A stretch of 64,000 bases of DNA from a virus, in IMG/VR virus record IMGVR_UViG_3300025030_000080, positions 12,088 through 76,087 of that record; one strand, written 5' to 3'. Below, piece by piece: positions 31,718 to 43,195 of the stretch. A model generated the notes under the pieces. It saw nothing but the letters and a program-made list of their open reading frames with translations. It was not told the origin of the DNA and did no database searches. A program made the translations under genes and the position numbers. How positions within the stretch are numbered: the first letter of the stretch is position 1; each line of letters starts with the position of its first letter.

Positions 31718-33288
31718 ATTTTTTTCCTTTCTTAATTTTCACCGTTCCATCCCAAAAAGGAGCTATGAAATTACTCCAGTAGAATTCAGTTACAACCCCC
31801 ATCCTAGATTCCCACCCACTTCCCAAATATCCGGTATACTCTACTATGAATGGCCAACAAGGAATATATCCTTTTGTACCAATTTTAATATCTTCAGTAT
31901 TATTTGTATTTGGAGTATTCATCATTCACCTAAAGAAAAATCTATATATTCCTTTGTTATTTTTTCATTTATTTTTCTTTCCAAAATTCCTTTTAAATGG
32001 TTGAAATTTGTTATTATTCCTAAACAGTAATGTTGAATATCTATAGGTTGGTATATTCTAAATTCATGCCCCAAGTCCTCGCTTCGATACCTATATTCTG
32101 TTGGGACATGTTTAAAATATGTCGTAGAACTGCTACCAACTCCTTTGGAAAGAACTTTTTTTTGGAATAAATAAATATATTCTCCAAAAAAGGATACAAA
32201 TTGATTAAGACTAAAACATATACAAGGTTTATCCCATTCAGAAATTTTATTTGGTTTTAATATATCAACTTTTTTATCAGAAGTATGTATTAATAAATCT
32301 TCCATCATATGGATTTTTTCCTCATTTTTATGATTACAGTTCTTTTCAACATTTTAGGAGGTTCTGGAGAATACGTATTACTTCCAAATGCTACTCTTTC
32401 TAAGAACCTAGCATCTTCAATACGATTGGCTAGGTATAGTTTATCAATAGCCATTCTTATCTCTGGACGCGGAATAGAATTCAATTTGTAGGTACAAGTA
32501 GAACAAATATAGGTAGCATACCTATCGGCCCCTTTTTCCTTCTTAGTGCATAGGCAGCAACTCACTTAGTTTCCTTGGGAACACGTGCTGCTTTCTTCAT
32601 ACTTTCTATCCAAAAAGTATTCCCCTCATTGGCTTTATTGAAAGTGTTTACCGCTTCTTCAAATTCTGCTGTTCCATTTAAATTATCATAGGCATCTTCA
32701 TAAAGGTCTTCGCAAAATCTTTCTAATATATCTTCTGCATCAAGCGTGGGAATATTTTCTGTTTCGGCAATATAAACAAATTCTGGTAATTTTTCTATTT
32801 TATTACAATCTATTAAATCTTCCAAAGTAGCATAATAAGAATCATTGAATACTACAGGACCGTCCCAATTTTCTAACTTTTCAGCTTTATCCATTTGATC
32901 TTTATCCCTGCAATCATAACATTTCTCATTGAATATAAAGATGGTTTCTCCCCCACATTGTTTACAAACTCCCTTTTTGCAACAATTCTCTGCTACGTCA
33001 TGGATATTTGGTTTTAAACAGATATTGCAATAGGATATATTCGTGGGATGACCATTTTTGGTAAATAATGGAATAGCGTTCATTTATTCCTCCATTATTT
33101 CTATTTTATTTAATTTTTGTCCATACCAATAATTAACGGTGGGATAATTGGGTTCTTCTTTTTGATGCTTTAATAATGATTCTGAAATTATTCCTAATAT
33201 CTTGCCAATTTCTTTATAGCCCCTATATTCATATTTATTTATAGGAAGTATTCCTTTCTCATCTACATATATGGTCATTTTAAGCATG

Positions 33289-33651
33289 CTATCCCTCTAC
33301 CATTTGTAATATAACCCTACAAACGGCTAATGAAAAAGTGGGGGCTTCTGCGGAAAATTTCCAAAAATCTTCGGGATCTAATCCCCCAGTCCCTGCAAAG
33401 AAATGCCCATCAGGGTATTTGATGATTTCTATATGGGGTACTTTATTGATTACATCTAAAGTATCTCTTATATCGGTTGAGGGAGACCAAAACTTAAAAT
33501 GGGTACTACCTTGGGATGGCTCACATTTTCTTACGTCATATTCTTCTTTATTAACCATAAAGAAGGAGTCATATGTTCTTTCCCACCCCATTATTTTTTC
33601 TGCTATAAGTATGTCTAAATCTTTACCTGCAGGTATTTTATCATAGTCCAT
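33289..33651 (-). CDS. phage ABA-sandwich domain protein (second copy)
   Basis: AGKDLDILIAEKIMGW..SPSTDI..LAVCR. Confidence 0.7.
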   Translation of the reverse strand: MDYDKIPAGKDLDILIAEKIMGWERTYDSFFMVNKEEYDVRKCEPSQGSTHFKFWSPSTDIRDTLDVINKVPHIEIIKYPDGHFFAGTGGLDPEDFWKFSAEAPTFSLAVCRVILQMVEG

Positions 33652-33667
33652 TTAATCCTCCATTATT

Positions 33668-33754
33668 TGGTGGGCGAGGAGGGAGTCGAACCCTCATGGT
33701 TTTTCAACCACTGGATTTTAAGTCCAGCGTGCATACCAATTCCACCACCCGCCC
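33668..33754 (-). tRNA. tRNA-Leu(TAA)
   Basis: acceptor GGGCGGG/CTCGCCC, anticodon arm CTGGA-CTTAAAA-TCCAG, long variable arm, GTTCGAC, encoded CCA. Confidence 0.95.
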
Positions 33755-33766
33755 ATTTTATCGGTG

Positions 33767-33847
33767 TCCCCGGACCCAGATCAGCCCCTTCAAGGTGACT
33801 AACCCGAAGGTTGGTTGTCATCCGGCTTAACCTACTGGGTCCGGGGA
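33767..33847 (-). ncRNA. candidate structured RNA closed by a 13-bp stem
   Basis: TCCCCGGACCCAG/CTGGGTCCGGGGA; nested AGCC/GGCT, TGAC/GTCA and a C-UUCG-G tetraloop. Confidence 0.45.
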
Positions 33848-33865
33848 ATCAAATTTTGTTTACCC

Positions 33866-34252
33866 CTACAAAGCCTCCGCCAATTTCTGAAGGTCTTCAA
33901 TAGAAGACGCAGCCAGCTGCTCATTTTGTTTGCTAGCGATGATAGCAAGAATCTGCTGTTTCCGTTCCTTGTTGGCCCTAGCCGTTGCAGCAGCTTCGTT
34001 CTCGGCCAGTCGAATTTCAATGATATGTTTTACGATATCAAATTTTATCAGAGTAGCTTCATTGGCTTTTGCAGGTTTTACTACAAAGGATTCCGTTTCG
34101 GCTTCTTTTACCTGTTTGGAAAGTCCTCTGGCAATATCATCCAGATTGGCTCTATTCGTACTGGTTAATGGAAGATCCCATAAATCTTCTACATCGAGTT
34201 GTCCCATGGAGGTATCAAACCGAAGCTTGAGGCGAGACGCTTTTTCAAACAT
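33866..34252 (-). CDS. conserved phage coiled-coil protein
   Basis: MFEKASRLKLRF..G.L.VEDLWDLPL. Confidence 0.7.
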   Translation of the reverse strand: MFEKASRLKLRFDTSMGQLDVEDLWDLPLTSTNRANLDDIARGLSKQVKEAETESFVVKPAKANEATLIKFDIVKHIIEIRLAENEAAATARANKERKQQILAIIASKQNEQLAASSIEDLQKLAEAL

Positions 34253-34269
34253 TTTGTTTCTCCTTTCTT

Positions 34270-36288
34270 TCAGAAGTTAATTTTGATGGTACGAGAAAAA
34301 CTCCCTTTGACTCGACAGAGCACACTATTACGTTGTGTACTAGAAAAACCAATACCACTAAGTTGGTTATTAGATTCCTCCGTTTTCATCTTGGAACCTA
34401 CAATTTCGAATACTTTTCTATTAGTATCAAATTCACTTTTGAGAAATTCATTGAAAAACCCACGGGCCTTTCCTTCATTTAAGCATCCATCTATCATAAA
34501 GAAGAAGTGTTTATTACCTACTGTTTTATCATCCCAATAATTAGGAGATAACATTAGAATGTTGACATTATGGAAAGTTTGAGTAGGAATTCCCCATACC
34601 TCCCTAACTGATTGGGAAGATGGCAGGGATTTGATTATTTCGATACCCTTGACATGTGAGTATTTAATTTCTGCAACTGTAATTGTTTCATTATGCTTGA
34701 CTGGTTTATCATAAGTAAATCTATAAATAGTTCCTAACCAGTCCATTTCAACTTCAAATCCTACATTGGTTGATTCTCTCCTGTTATAGTTATGAACTAG
34801 TAAATAATAACTACCTTCGCACATTTTTCTCTTATCTGGATAAAATATATTCTCGACAGGTTCACGAGTAAATCCGCTTCCAGCATTCATATCTACATCA
34901 AGTTGTCCACCGCCTAGGGGGGAAGGTCCCTTATTACCAAAATATATTTCATTGCCTTTAGGCTCTTTCATATGGAGGTCTAAATCATCGTGGTTATGCC
35001 ATGCTAATCGGTTGCACCAATCTCCAGAAACATTTCCCCCTGCCTTCTTTACTCTTTCTTTGATAGAGTCGGCCAATTCTCCGTTATAAGACCAACTAAA
35101 ATTATTGGACCATTTAAATAGTCTTCCAGCAGTCGGATCTACTGGAGCTACCAAACTTACCAAATTCCCTGCATGACGATTTTCAAACATAACTTCGATT
35201 GAATTAACTTTAGGAATGATATCTGATATAAATTTATCAATGGTGACTTCCTCTATCTTATCAAGATTCTTCGTTTTCTCAGAAACTCCCCCGGAGATTT
35301 CATCAAATACATTATTAGTCATTTTCTTTCGTGATTCTCTATTAGCAAATATAATGTTATTTACTGTGATATCATTGATTGTTGCATACCTACGTTCAAG
35401 GGCCGAAGTGAGTCCCATTTCTTCAATCTTATTTTTGGCTTGTTCTATCATGGCCTTAGTAACGATGGCCGTGGGTCGTTTGTAATTCGTTGGGGCAACT
35501 TTTGATTCAAAGGAAGCCACAGCTATATCCATATCTTTTCCTTCGGAAAGATCTACCAAAAGAGTTCCAATAACGGTACTGCGTATGCGAGATATAGATG
35601 GTTGAATTTTTTTGATTTGAGACCATACGAAAGAATCTTTATCTTCGTGGGGTTTTAATTTATTGGTTCTTTTCTTTAACGTCATAAAACTTTCAACTAC
35701 AAATTTATGTTCCTCTCCACGATACAGAGAATTCTGCGCTATCAACTCCAAGACGGTATCAAGAGATTCGTCGGTGATTTCTTCCAGACTACGAAGTAAT
35801 ACATCATGGGTTGCTCTGGAATCCGACAATTTAGGACCAATATCTATCTTTTTGCATACGTATTCCTCGGGGATATTGATAAAAAAGTGCTCCCAAGTTT
35901 TTACTTGATCCATTAATTGCTGGAAATTTTTATCTGTTCCAGCAGTACGCTCTGTATGAAAAAATACATTTTCGATAGGGAAAGTTTTAACCAAATTAGC
36001 CATAGCATCAGCAACAACTTGGTAATGTTCAACTCCTACCTGAACATCCCAAATACTTTCTATTTTTCCGTTGATAATGGCAACGGTATTACCTACAGCC
36101 CTAATAAATTGTTTACAACATTGGCAATCATGCTCTGTTCTCTCTCGATAGATGGGATTAGATCCATCAGGAAAACTCCCCAGATAGGTACTCCAGAGTA
36201 AATCCTTATCAACTTGTACACGAAATAAATCATGCTTTCTCATTTTATCAAATTGTTTGCTCACTGCTACTTTAAAATGGTTGAACAT
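34270..36288 (-). CDS. large conserved protein with YfaP/DUF2135-like domain
   Basis: HDCQCCKQF N-terminal motif; WHNHDDLDLH..P..IYF..GQLDVDMN..VENI. Confidence 0.7.
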   Translation of the reverse strand: MFNHFKVAVSKQFDKMRKHDLFRVQVDKDLLWSTYLGSFPDGSNPIYRERTEHDCQCCKQFIRAVGNTVAIINGKIESIWDVQVGVEHYQVVADAMANLVKTFPIENVFFHTERTAGTDKNFQQLMDQVKTWEHFFINIPEEYVCKKIDIGPKLSDSRATHDVLLRSLEEITDESLDTVLELIAQNSLYRGEEHKFVVESFMTLKKRTNKLKPHEDKDSFVWSQIKKIQPSISRIRSTVIGTLLVDLSEGKDMDIAVASFESKVAPTNYKRPTAIVTKAMIEQAKNKIEEMGLTSALERRYATINDITVNNIIFANRESRKKMTNNVFDEISGGVSEKTKNLDKIEEVTIDKFISDIIPKVNSIEVMFENRHAGNLVSLVAPVDPTAGRLFKWSNNFSWSYNGELADSIKERVKKAGGNVSGDWCNRLAWHNHDDLDLHMKEPKGNEIYFGNKGPSPLGGGQLDVDMNAGSGFTREPVENIFYPDKRKMCEGSYYLLVHNYNRRESTNVGFEVEMDWLGTIYRFTYDKPVKHNETITVAEIKYSHVKGIEIIKSLPSSQSVREVWGIPTQTFHNVNILMLSPNYWDDKTVGNKHFFFMIDGCLNEGKARGFFNEFLKSEFDTNRKVFEIVGSKMKTEESNNQLSGIGFSSTQRNSVLCRVKGSFSRTIKINF

Positions 36289-36315
36289 GCGCCCTCCTTT
36301 TAAAATCTTCTACTT

Positions 36316-36343
36316 AATACTACAGAAGTTTCATCGTTTTCAC
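36316..36343 (-). promoter_or_regulatory. putative phage promoter GTGAAA-N12-CTGTAGTATT
   Basis: motif lies just upstream of the RBS of the 672-aa gene. Confidence 0.55.
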
Positions 36344-36837
36344 CCCTCTTCGGACTCCTTCTCCTTGAACTCCGTCCAAAATTTCTTTACGTCTGAAGTA
36401 GACCACCCTTTGTACTTTCGAAGGTATTTGGAAAGTCCTATCTTAAAATCATTATGACGAATTAAATCAATAAATTCATTTGGTGCGGATAAAATTACAT
36501 CTACTACTTCTTTCATTTCTTTTGATAAACTAACATATTTTTCTAACATTTTTCTCGGATCTCTACCTAGCATTTCTTCCATCTCCGCAAAAGATAATTC
36601 CTCCCCAGTTCTTTTCAATGCTTTTTTCTTTTCAATCATATTAAGAAAATGTTGTCTAATATGATTTGATAATGCCGCTTCAAATGGACAACAAAGCCCA
36701 TATTTCTTTTCTTCCTCAATTACTTCCATAAAACATACGAATCCTTCCCCCACTAAGTCTTCCATTTCTTGTTTGTTTGGTGAGAATTTAAAAGCCATTC
36801 CAAATATTATTCCTTTGTAATTAGTCCAGTCTCTCAT
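36340..36837 (-). CDS. sigma-70 region-2-like factor
   Basis: MAFKF..EMEDLVGEGFVCFME..F.AAL...IR. Confidence 0.55.
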   Translation of the reverse strand: MRDWTNYKGIIFGMAFKFSPNKQEMEDLVGEGFVCFMEVIEEEKKYGLCCPFEAALSNHIRQHFLNMIEKKKALKRTGEELSFAEMEEMLGRDPRKMLEKYVSLSKEMKEVVDVILSAPNEFIDLIRHNDFKIGLSKYLRKYKGWSTSDVKKFWTEFKEKESEEG

Positions 36838-37586
36838 TTTTTGCCCTCCTTTATATCTATCCAAAGTTTCATTAATCCTATGGTTTGTTTGGGGACTTTT
36901 GCCCCTGAGAAATCTATTTTGGTTCCGGTAAGAAAATCTGATAATAAACTAAGTGCTTTCATTTCATTTAGTAAAATATCTGAATCCTCTTGAGAAGATG
37001 ACGCATCTATGGCCCCAGCAATTGCTGCTTTAAATCTTAAATCTTCGTCTGTAAGCATCCAATGATTTTTAGTTACCTCCATCGCTGCCTTAACTTTTGC
37101 TACCAAAGTAAATTTTTCTTTCGCCGCTTCTGATGCTTCTGTAACTGCAATCATAAATTTAACGTCCATTTTTGCCCCCCTTACTTTTGTATTCCTCCAC
37201 TTCAATCATAATATGAGATAATATCTTTCCCCCAACTACTGATTTAATTTTGAGTGGCGTTTCTCCCAACCAAATTTCTAACTCTCCGTATTTGGCTGGA
37301 GGTGCTTTTTCTCCGCCAAATTCTTTTATTCTTTCTGAAAGAATATCTCTGAATTTAATTATTTTTAATTTCATTTATTTATCTTTTTGCTTCTTACTTC
37401 TAAAATTACAGAATGTACATTATAAAATATTTCATCTTTTTCCCATCTAATGGTTAGTCTATTTCCTTGTAAGGTCACTCCAAACATAGTTGCTATTTTG
37501 GATCTAAGCATTTCTAAAATAGGTTGAGCAAATTGCAATGTTTCATCGTCGTAAATATCTATGGATAATTCTTTATCTCTTTTCAT
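36834..37586 (-). other. three small hypothetical CDSs (36834..37205, 37159..37374, 37371..37586)
   Basis: tiling ORFs. Confidence 0.55.
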
Positions 37587-38109
37587 TTTCCCTCCATTTA
37601 ATTTCTTTTCTAATCCATTCCATTGATACGGGGGTATAGCCCGTCACCTCTACTGATACACAAATATGAATTCCTGCTTCAGGTACCTCCCCTCTATGAG
37701 TATTTCCGTGAGTATGCCCATGAATATTAATAATTCCTGGTTCATCTATGGGTTCATGGGATAGTGTCCAAAATTCTTCTTCAATAGTATTTTTAGAAAC
37801 ATCAAATAGTACAGGGCTTTTATATGCTTCAACCCCTCGTTTTTTCCAAAATGTAACTGTTCTTCTCCTATCATGATTTCCCATAATTAAAATAATTTTA
37901 CCATTAAGAGCATCAATATATTCTTGATACTTTTCAGAACGGGATAGGGAAAAATCTCCTAAATGACAAACTGTATCCTCTGGTTTTACTATTTGATTCC
38001 AATTTCTTATGATAGTTTCGTCCATCTCATCTGAATTCTTAAAGGGGCGACCACAATATAAAACTATTGCAGAATGTCCGAAATGGCTGTCGCTAATAAA
38101 CCAAATCAT
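37573..38109 (-). CDS. calcineurin-like metallophosphoesterase
   Basis: SDSHFGH, LGDF, GNHD, SHEP, HGHTH. Confidence 0.92.
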   Translation of the reverse strand: MIWFISDSHFGHSAIVLYCGRPFKNSDEMDETIIRNWNQIVKPEDTVCHLGDFSLSRSEKYQEYIDALNGKIILIMGNHDRRRTVTFWKKRGVEAYKSPVLFDVSKNTIEEEFWTLSHEPIDEPGIINIHGHTHGNTHRGEVPEAGIHICVSVEVTGYTPVSMEWIRKEIKWRENEKR

Positions 38110-38130
38110 TATTTGCCCTCCATAGTAATT

Positions 38131-38205
38131 TGGTGGGTCCTCCCAGATTTGAACTGGGATAGCAGCGGTTATGAGCCGCTTTCTCTACCATTGAGATAAG
38201 GACCC
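38131..38205 (-). tRNA. tRNA with CAT anticodon, most likely Ile2 (lysidine-modified) rather than Met
   Basis: GGGTCCT/AGGACCC acceptor, AGCGG-CTCATAA-CCGCT, TTCAAAT, CCA; paired 1-72 and no GGG/CCC initiator stem. Confidence 0.88.
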
Positions 38206-38214
38206 TTTTCAAAA

Positions 38215-38228
38215 CAGGGGCGTCGCAC
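38215..38228. repeat. dispersed 14-mer CAGGGGCGTCGCAC (also at 40480-40493 and 50550-50563)
   Basis: three exact copies read from the sequence. Confidence 0.8.
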
Positions 38229-38302
38229 TCTATGATCTCTACTGTTAGATGGTGTTCGAAGGTTTTCTATTCTAACGTATTCTATATATCTTTTCTTTAG
38301 AA

Positions 38303-41128
38303 TCATTTCCCCTCCGCTAACATTATTTTACGGGCGTCATTTTGTATCTTTTTTACAAATGTAGGAACGAACATCGTTTTCAAAACTTCGGTTTTCTCTA
38401 TAACGTCTTGTAAAGATTTGATTCCTTTTTCATAGAGTTTCCGCGCTTTAACACCACCGATCCCTGGAATTTTTACGAGGGGGATCATTTCCTCCGGTAT
38501 TCCGTATTGAATTCTGATCGGGAGGATCTTCCAAAACTCCCCACGATCCCATCTACCATGTCGAGAATCTATCAAGGATAGAGCTTGAACAAGACGATGG
38601 ATATCATATTTAATTGTTCGGGCGTTCGCTTTCAAAACTCCTTCTAACTCGTTCCCTTGAAGAAGTCCGTAAGCTGCAAGAGAAAAATGAACGGCATCAG
38701 AGGCCATTAATCCCCGGTTACGGAGTTTCCACTTCATTTCGTCGGCTTCACTTTGAATTTCTCTAGGGATATATCCCCAGTCATTGTTTGGAGAATCCGT
38801 AAGTGCCCAAGAAATAGATAGATCGTCTATTATCGGTTTCGTATAAGACCATCCACAATATCCACAACATATTTTGGGCTCTGTTATAATATTTGGTAAT
38901 TTACAAGCTGGACAAATATCGTTCGTCTTGGGAGTTCCAAATAATTGATTCCAATTTTTGTACCATGCATATATGGTATAGGGATCGTAGTATAACCATC
39001 CAGATACTTGCCCCAACCCCGTCAGAGTATAGTGAGTGCCTTTGTTGATTACCATTTCCATTTGTTCTAAATCATCTAGTAGACCTTTGGCATCGTGAAT
39101 AGTAAATTCTTCTCCTTGAAAATAAGCAAGGGATCTTGAATACCAAATAAGTAAACTTTTTGGATCGGTTATTACTCTATTTTGAATTTCCGCCAAAACG
39201 TGAAATGCTAGAACTTGGTGGGTTTTCAAAACAGATAAAGTTGGACGGGGGTTTCTAAAAACCTCTTTCCACGTTTCTGTAGTTCCTTCTGGAATTATTA
39301 GATATACAAATCCTGAATCATCAATTCCGAAACGACCGGCGCGACCGGATTCCTGCAAAATATCTAATTCGTCCACTTCGGAAAGGCCCCTATGAACTCC
39401 CACTATAATTACGTTTCTGGCTGGTAAATTCCTCCCGTATGCCAAAGTGCTTGTTGAAATCAATACTCTTAATCCTCCTGATCTATTAGAAAAAGATGAT
39501 TCTATACCGGACCTTTCTGTACTATCTAAATCTGCATTATGAAATATAGATTCTATGCCTTCATCTTTGAGTTTACTAACAATGTTCCTACCAGTTCCTT
39601 TATCATGAACGAATACGAGAAACTTTTCATTTGGTTTACTTTTAATTATATCAATAGTTAATTTTCTTTTTGCTTCTTGAGATGATTGGTAACTTTCTCC
39701 TCCAAATCTATTTCTTTCTATTTTGTATTCTACATAATGCATTTGTAATTGTACTGGTCTCCAAGTAGAAAATATAACTTTGGTTTCTTTTTGATTCAAT
39801 TTTATTAGCCAAGCCCCTAATTGGTCTACATTAGGCATTGTAGCAGAAAGTAGTATCAATCTTGCTTTTTTGTTAATTGAGGTAAATCGCATAAGTCCTG
39901 TTTCGATTGCATGTCCACGAGTGGCCAGCCCAATAACATGAGATTCGTCCGTTACTACTAATCCAATATCTAATATCCAATCGTATTTTTCTGTTTCTGC
40001 TCTTCTAGTAACGGAGTCTAATAATTCAGAGGTACAGATTATTATATTTGCTGTTCTGGCTTCTAACATTTGTTTTTCTCTTTCGTTAGGACTCCAAAGT
40101 GTATCCCCAGTTAACATTAATATTTTTTTGTCAGGAAAACGAATTTTCCAATCCTCGAATTTTTCTGCAGAAAGGGATTTTAACGGTGAGGTGTATAAAA
40201 CTTTCATATTTCCTAGTAAACATTCTTCCATAATTATCTCCGCAAGAATCGTCTTTCCGCTACTAGTATTTGCACCTACTGATATGTTGCAATCATCCCC
40301 TCTAAACGGGTACACTAAACTTTGAACGGGATTAAACTTTTCAAACTTGTAAGGGTATCCAGTAGTCGGGATTAATTCCATCCCCGGAGTGTCGGATACT
40401 ACTGTTATGTTATCGTATTTACTGGGTTGATTTTGACGATCTCCTATAACCGTGAGTTCCCCTCCGTTTCCGTTTTCTACAGGGGCGTCGCACACTTTGA
40501 TCGGGGTTTCGTCTTCATTTTCGTCAGCCCCCGGTTCTCTGATTTCTTCTTCGACTTCAATAAAAGTGGGATCATAGACCCAACCTTTTGATAGGATTTT
40601 CGCCTCCATCGTTTGATACCCTTTTGGAGATATTTCTCCCAAGACGTAGGCAAGTTGCCCGTCTGTTAAACTTTTGTACTTTTCCAATCCCGTGAGAAGA
40701 TTTTCTGCAAACGTAGGGTTAGATGAAATCCTGACTGTTTCTTTTAATACGGATTTAACATATCCCCAGTCAATTATGGAAACGTTTGGGGCATCGTTCA
40801 TGAAAAGTAAAATTCCTGCCATAATACGTTGGGCGACGGATTCCTTACTGGTGACTCTGTAAACTCTTTTCCCTTTGCCTAACGGTCTATCATCCCGACT
40901 GTTCCAGAGGACAAGTCGGATGGCATCTTCGCCAACTCCTCTTGTTTTATTTGTTCGTTTATCAACGCTAGAGTATACCATAATTTTAATTATTGGATGA
41001 GAAGTTTTCAATAAATATTGATACTCTTGGGATCTGGAGTTTTCGTATGGTTCTGCCCCTAAATCATATTTTTTGAATATTCCTTCTTCGAAATCTTCTT
41101 TGGATAACTCAATGTATTCAGTGGCCAT
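38303..41128 (-). CDS. Ski2/Hel308-like DExH helicase with N-terminal extension and C-terminal HhH
   Basis: FNPVQS, NTSSGKT, PLKSL, DESH, LSATMPN, QESGRAGR, IPGIGGVKARKL. Confidence 0.9.
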   Translation of the reverse strand: MATEYIELSKEDFEEGIFKKYDLGAEPYENSRSQEYQYLLKTSHPIIKIMVYSSVDKRTNKTRGVGEDAIRLVLWNSRDDRPLGKGKRVYRVTSKESVAQRIMAGILLFMNDAPNVSIIDWGYVKSVLKETVRISSNPTFAENLLTGLEKYKSLTDGQLAYVLGEISPKGYQTMEAKILSKGWVYDPTFIEVEEEIREPGADENEDETPIKVCDAPVENGNGGELTVIGDRQNQPSKYDNITVVSDTPGMELIPTTGYPYKFEKFNPVQSLVYPFRGDDCNISVGANTSSGKTILAEIIMEECLLGNMKVLYTSPLKSLSAEKFEDWKIRFPDKKILMLTGDTLWSPNEREKQMLEARTANIIICTSELLDSVTRRAETEKYDWILDIGLVVTDESHVIGLATRGHAIETGLMRFTSINKKARLILLSATMPNVDQLGAWLIKLNQKETKVIFSTWRPVQLQMHYVEYKIERNRFGGESYQSSQEAKRKLTIDIIKSKPNEKFLVFVHDKGTGRNIVSKLKDEGIESIFHNADLDSTERSGIESSFSNRSGGLRVLISTSTLAYGRNLPARNVIIVGVHRGLSEVDELDILQESGRAGRFGIDDSGFVYLIIPEGTTETWKEVFRNPRPTLSVLKTHQVLAFHVLAEIQNRVITDPKSLLIWYSRSLAYFQGEEFTIHDAKGLLDDLEQMEMVINKGTHYTLTGLGQVSGWLYYDPYTIYAWYKNWNQLFGTPKTNDICPACKLPNIITEPKICCGYCGWSYTKPIIDDLSISWALTDSPNNDWGYIPREIQSEADEMKWKLRNRGLMASDAVHFSLAAYGLLQGNELEGVLKANARTIKYDIHRLVQALSLIDSRHGRWDRGEFWKILPIRIQYGIPEEMIPLVKIPGIGGVKARKLYEKGIKSLQDVIEKTEVLKTMFVPTFVKKIQNDARKIMLAEGK

Positions 41129-42456
41129 TCTGGCCCTCCTTTAATTTCCCTAATATCTTTTGGTATTAGTATTATCAAATACTATACAAGCATCTGCTAT
41201 GGAATCTAAAACAGTTATTTTTACTACCAATGTTCTGTTTATTTGTATTCTAGCCCATTTAATGGCTTCTTTTTTGGAAATTAAGAATTTTAATTTATTT
41301 ATGCAAACATAATATTTCTTTTTTCTTTCCCCCACTTGAGAATATACTAAATATTCTATCATTTTTTCCTCCTTGTACTTTTAATAATTTCCACCTTTCG
41401 GTTGAATCGGGTTCCTACTGGCCAAATATCGCATTTTAATAAGCAATTTAAAAAATAATCTTCAACTTCTTCTTTTTCTTCAGGTTTTGTCAAAAACCCT
41501 TTTTCATTTACGGGATAGAAAAATAGACGATCATCTCCAATAAAATGTCTGGATATAAATTTCCCTGTTTTTGAAGGAATATAGGTTATCTTGAGAGTCC
41601 CATATTTTTTGGGGTAACGTTCTATTTCATTTATATCTTGATAATCATATGGAACTTGACTTATAGTACCTTCTACTTCAGATTGCCATGAAGGATCTTT
41701 TCTTTTTTTGTGCACTATAAACGAAGGTCTTTTCATATTCCCTCCTTTAACACTCCGTTGGAAACCAACTTTTTACTTTTTGAATCACATATGTTTCTTT
41801 TCTATTTGTAAATGTTTTTTCATACCATTCTTGTTTCTCCTTTGCTTCTTTTTCAGTTGAGAAAGCAGACATGACTATAAATTCTTTTCCTCTTCCTTTT
41901 ATTTTCCACCATCCCACCAACCATATATCTCTTCTTTCTAATTTCATATTCTTCTTACTTAACGTCTGATCTTCTCAAAATTTCTTTAACCACTAATCCT
42001 AAAGCCAAAGTATTTCCTGCTAAATTTTCTATTGCACTTTCTAATCCTTCTAAGGATCTATCATATCCTCCCATTCCTTGAATAGCATCTACATCAGAAA
42101 TAATTTCATCCGTCATGGCAATTAGTCCATTTTTACTTAAAGATTTAAGTATATTATTATTCATATTTATCTTAACCAAAGACATACGAATGAGGGATTA
42201 TCATAAAACTTAGAACTGGTAGATGCTAATATTTTTCCAGTTTTATTATTACATCCAATAGACCAAATCCAATTTTCTGTATCAGCATCGCAATAATCTG
42301 CTCCTTCAGTAAATTGAGTAAGGATATAATCCCCCTCTTTTGTCTTCTTACAATGGGATAAATCAATACATTCTCCAGAGGTTAATTTTTCCGCCATTCT
42401 GAGATTACTTAGTCTACTCCACCTTGGGGCTATAGTTCTGTTCATAGGATTTTTTT

Positions 42457-42840
42457 TCATTTTACCCTCCTATAGTGGGGAACTCCATTTTTTATGATCA
42501 ATTCTACTTTTTCCTTATTTACCAACTTTCCCATTACTGCTCCCCAAATAGATTTACTGAAAGTTCGAGGAGTTTTAACTCCTTTTCTAATACTTTCCAT
42601 GGTAATACCCGGTCCTGAGTCGGGGAGGTTTTCCAAAATAGCATTTCCTAATGGGAATTTTTCCGATCTTTTTGCATACTTCTTTTTAGGTTTTTCTTCT
42701 TGAGATGGTTCGAATAATATTGCTACCCGGAGTAAAACGTCACTCAATTTTTCATAATGGTATTTATTTAATCCTACCATTAGTAAATAAATTGGAACTT
42801 TTATAATAGGATCAGATTTCTTTTCAATTGATATTTTCAT
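42457..42840 (-). CDS. putative winged-helix DNA-binding protein
   Basis: AILENL..GITMESIR..VMGKLVNKEKV..HYRR. Confidence 0.4.
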   Translation of the reverse strand: MKISIEKKSDPIIKVPIYLLMVGLNKYHYEKLSDVLLRVAILFEPSQEEKPKKKYAKRSEKFPLGNAILENLPDSGPGITMESIRKGVKTPRTFSKSIWGAVMGKLVNKEKVELIIKNGVPHYRRVK

Positions 42841-43195
42841 GGTAAAAGTTCCTTTTCTAATTTCGCAATTGCTTGGTGAGCCTCTGTTTCTCTCTCCGCA
42901 TAATTGGCTTTTCCCACATAAGATATGCTACCATGAGCAGTATGAACCAATTTGTTTATATCATCTTTATATTTTTGTAGAGAAATAAATTTTTCCTTTC
43001 TTTCTTCTTGGATTTCCCCTTTATCTTTTATTGCTCCTATTAATTCATTTGGCTGGATATAATACATTTTGCTATTATGTATTAATCGGACATTTCTCCA
43101 TTCTGTAGTTGCTAAAATGAGAGCTTCTTGGAAACAATCTCCTACAGATACTCCAGGTTTAGCAGATAATTGAATATAAACTAATTCTGTATTTT

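Larger units (their letters stand above)
29326..33287 (-). other. array of small hypothetical CDSs, many with Zn-ribbon motifs (29326, 30013, 30246, 30618, 30793, 31017, 31701, 31922, 32305, 32562, 33084)
   Basis: tiling ORFs with overlapping start/stop codons. Confidence 0.55.
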
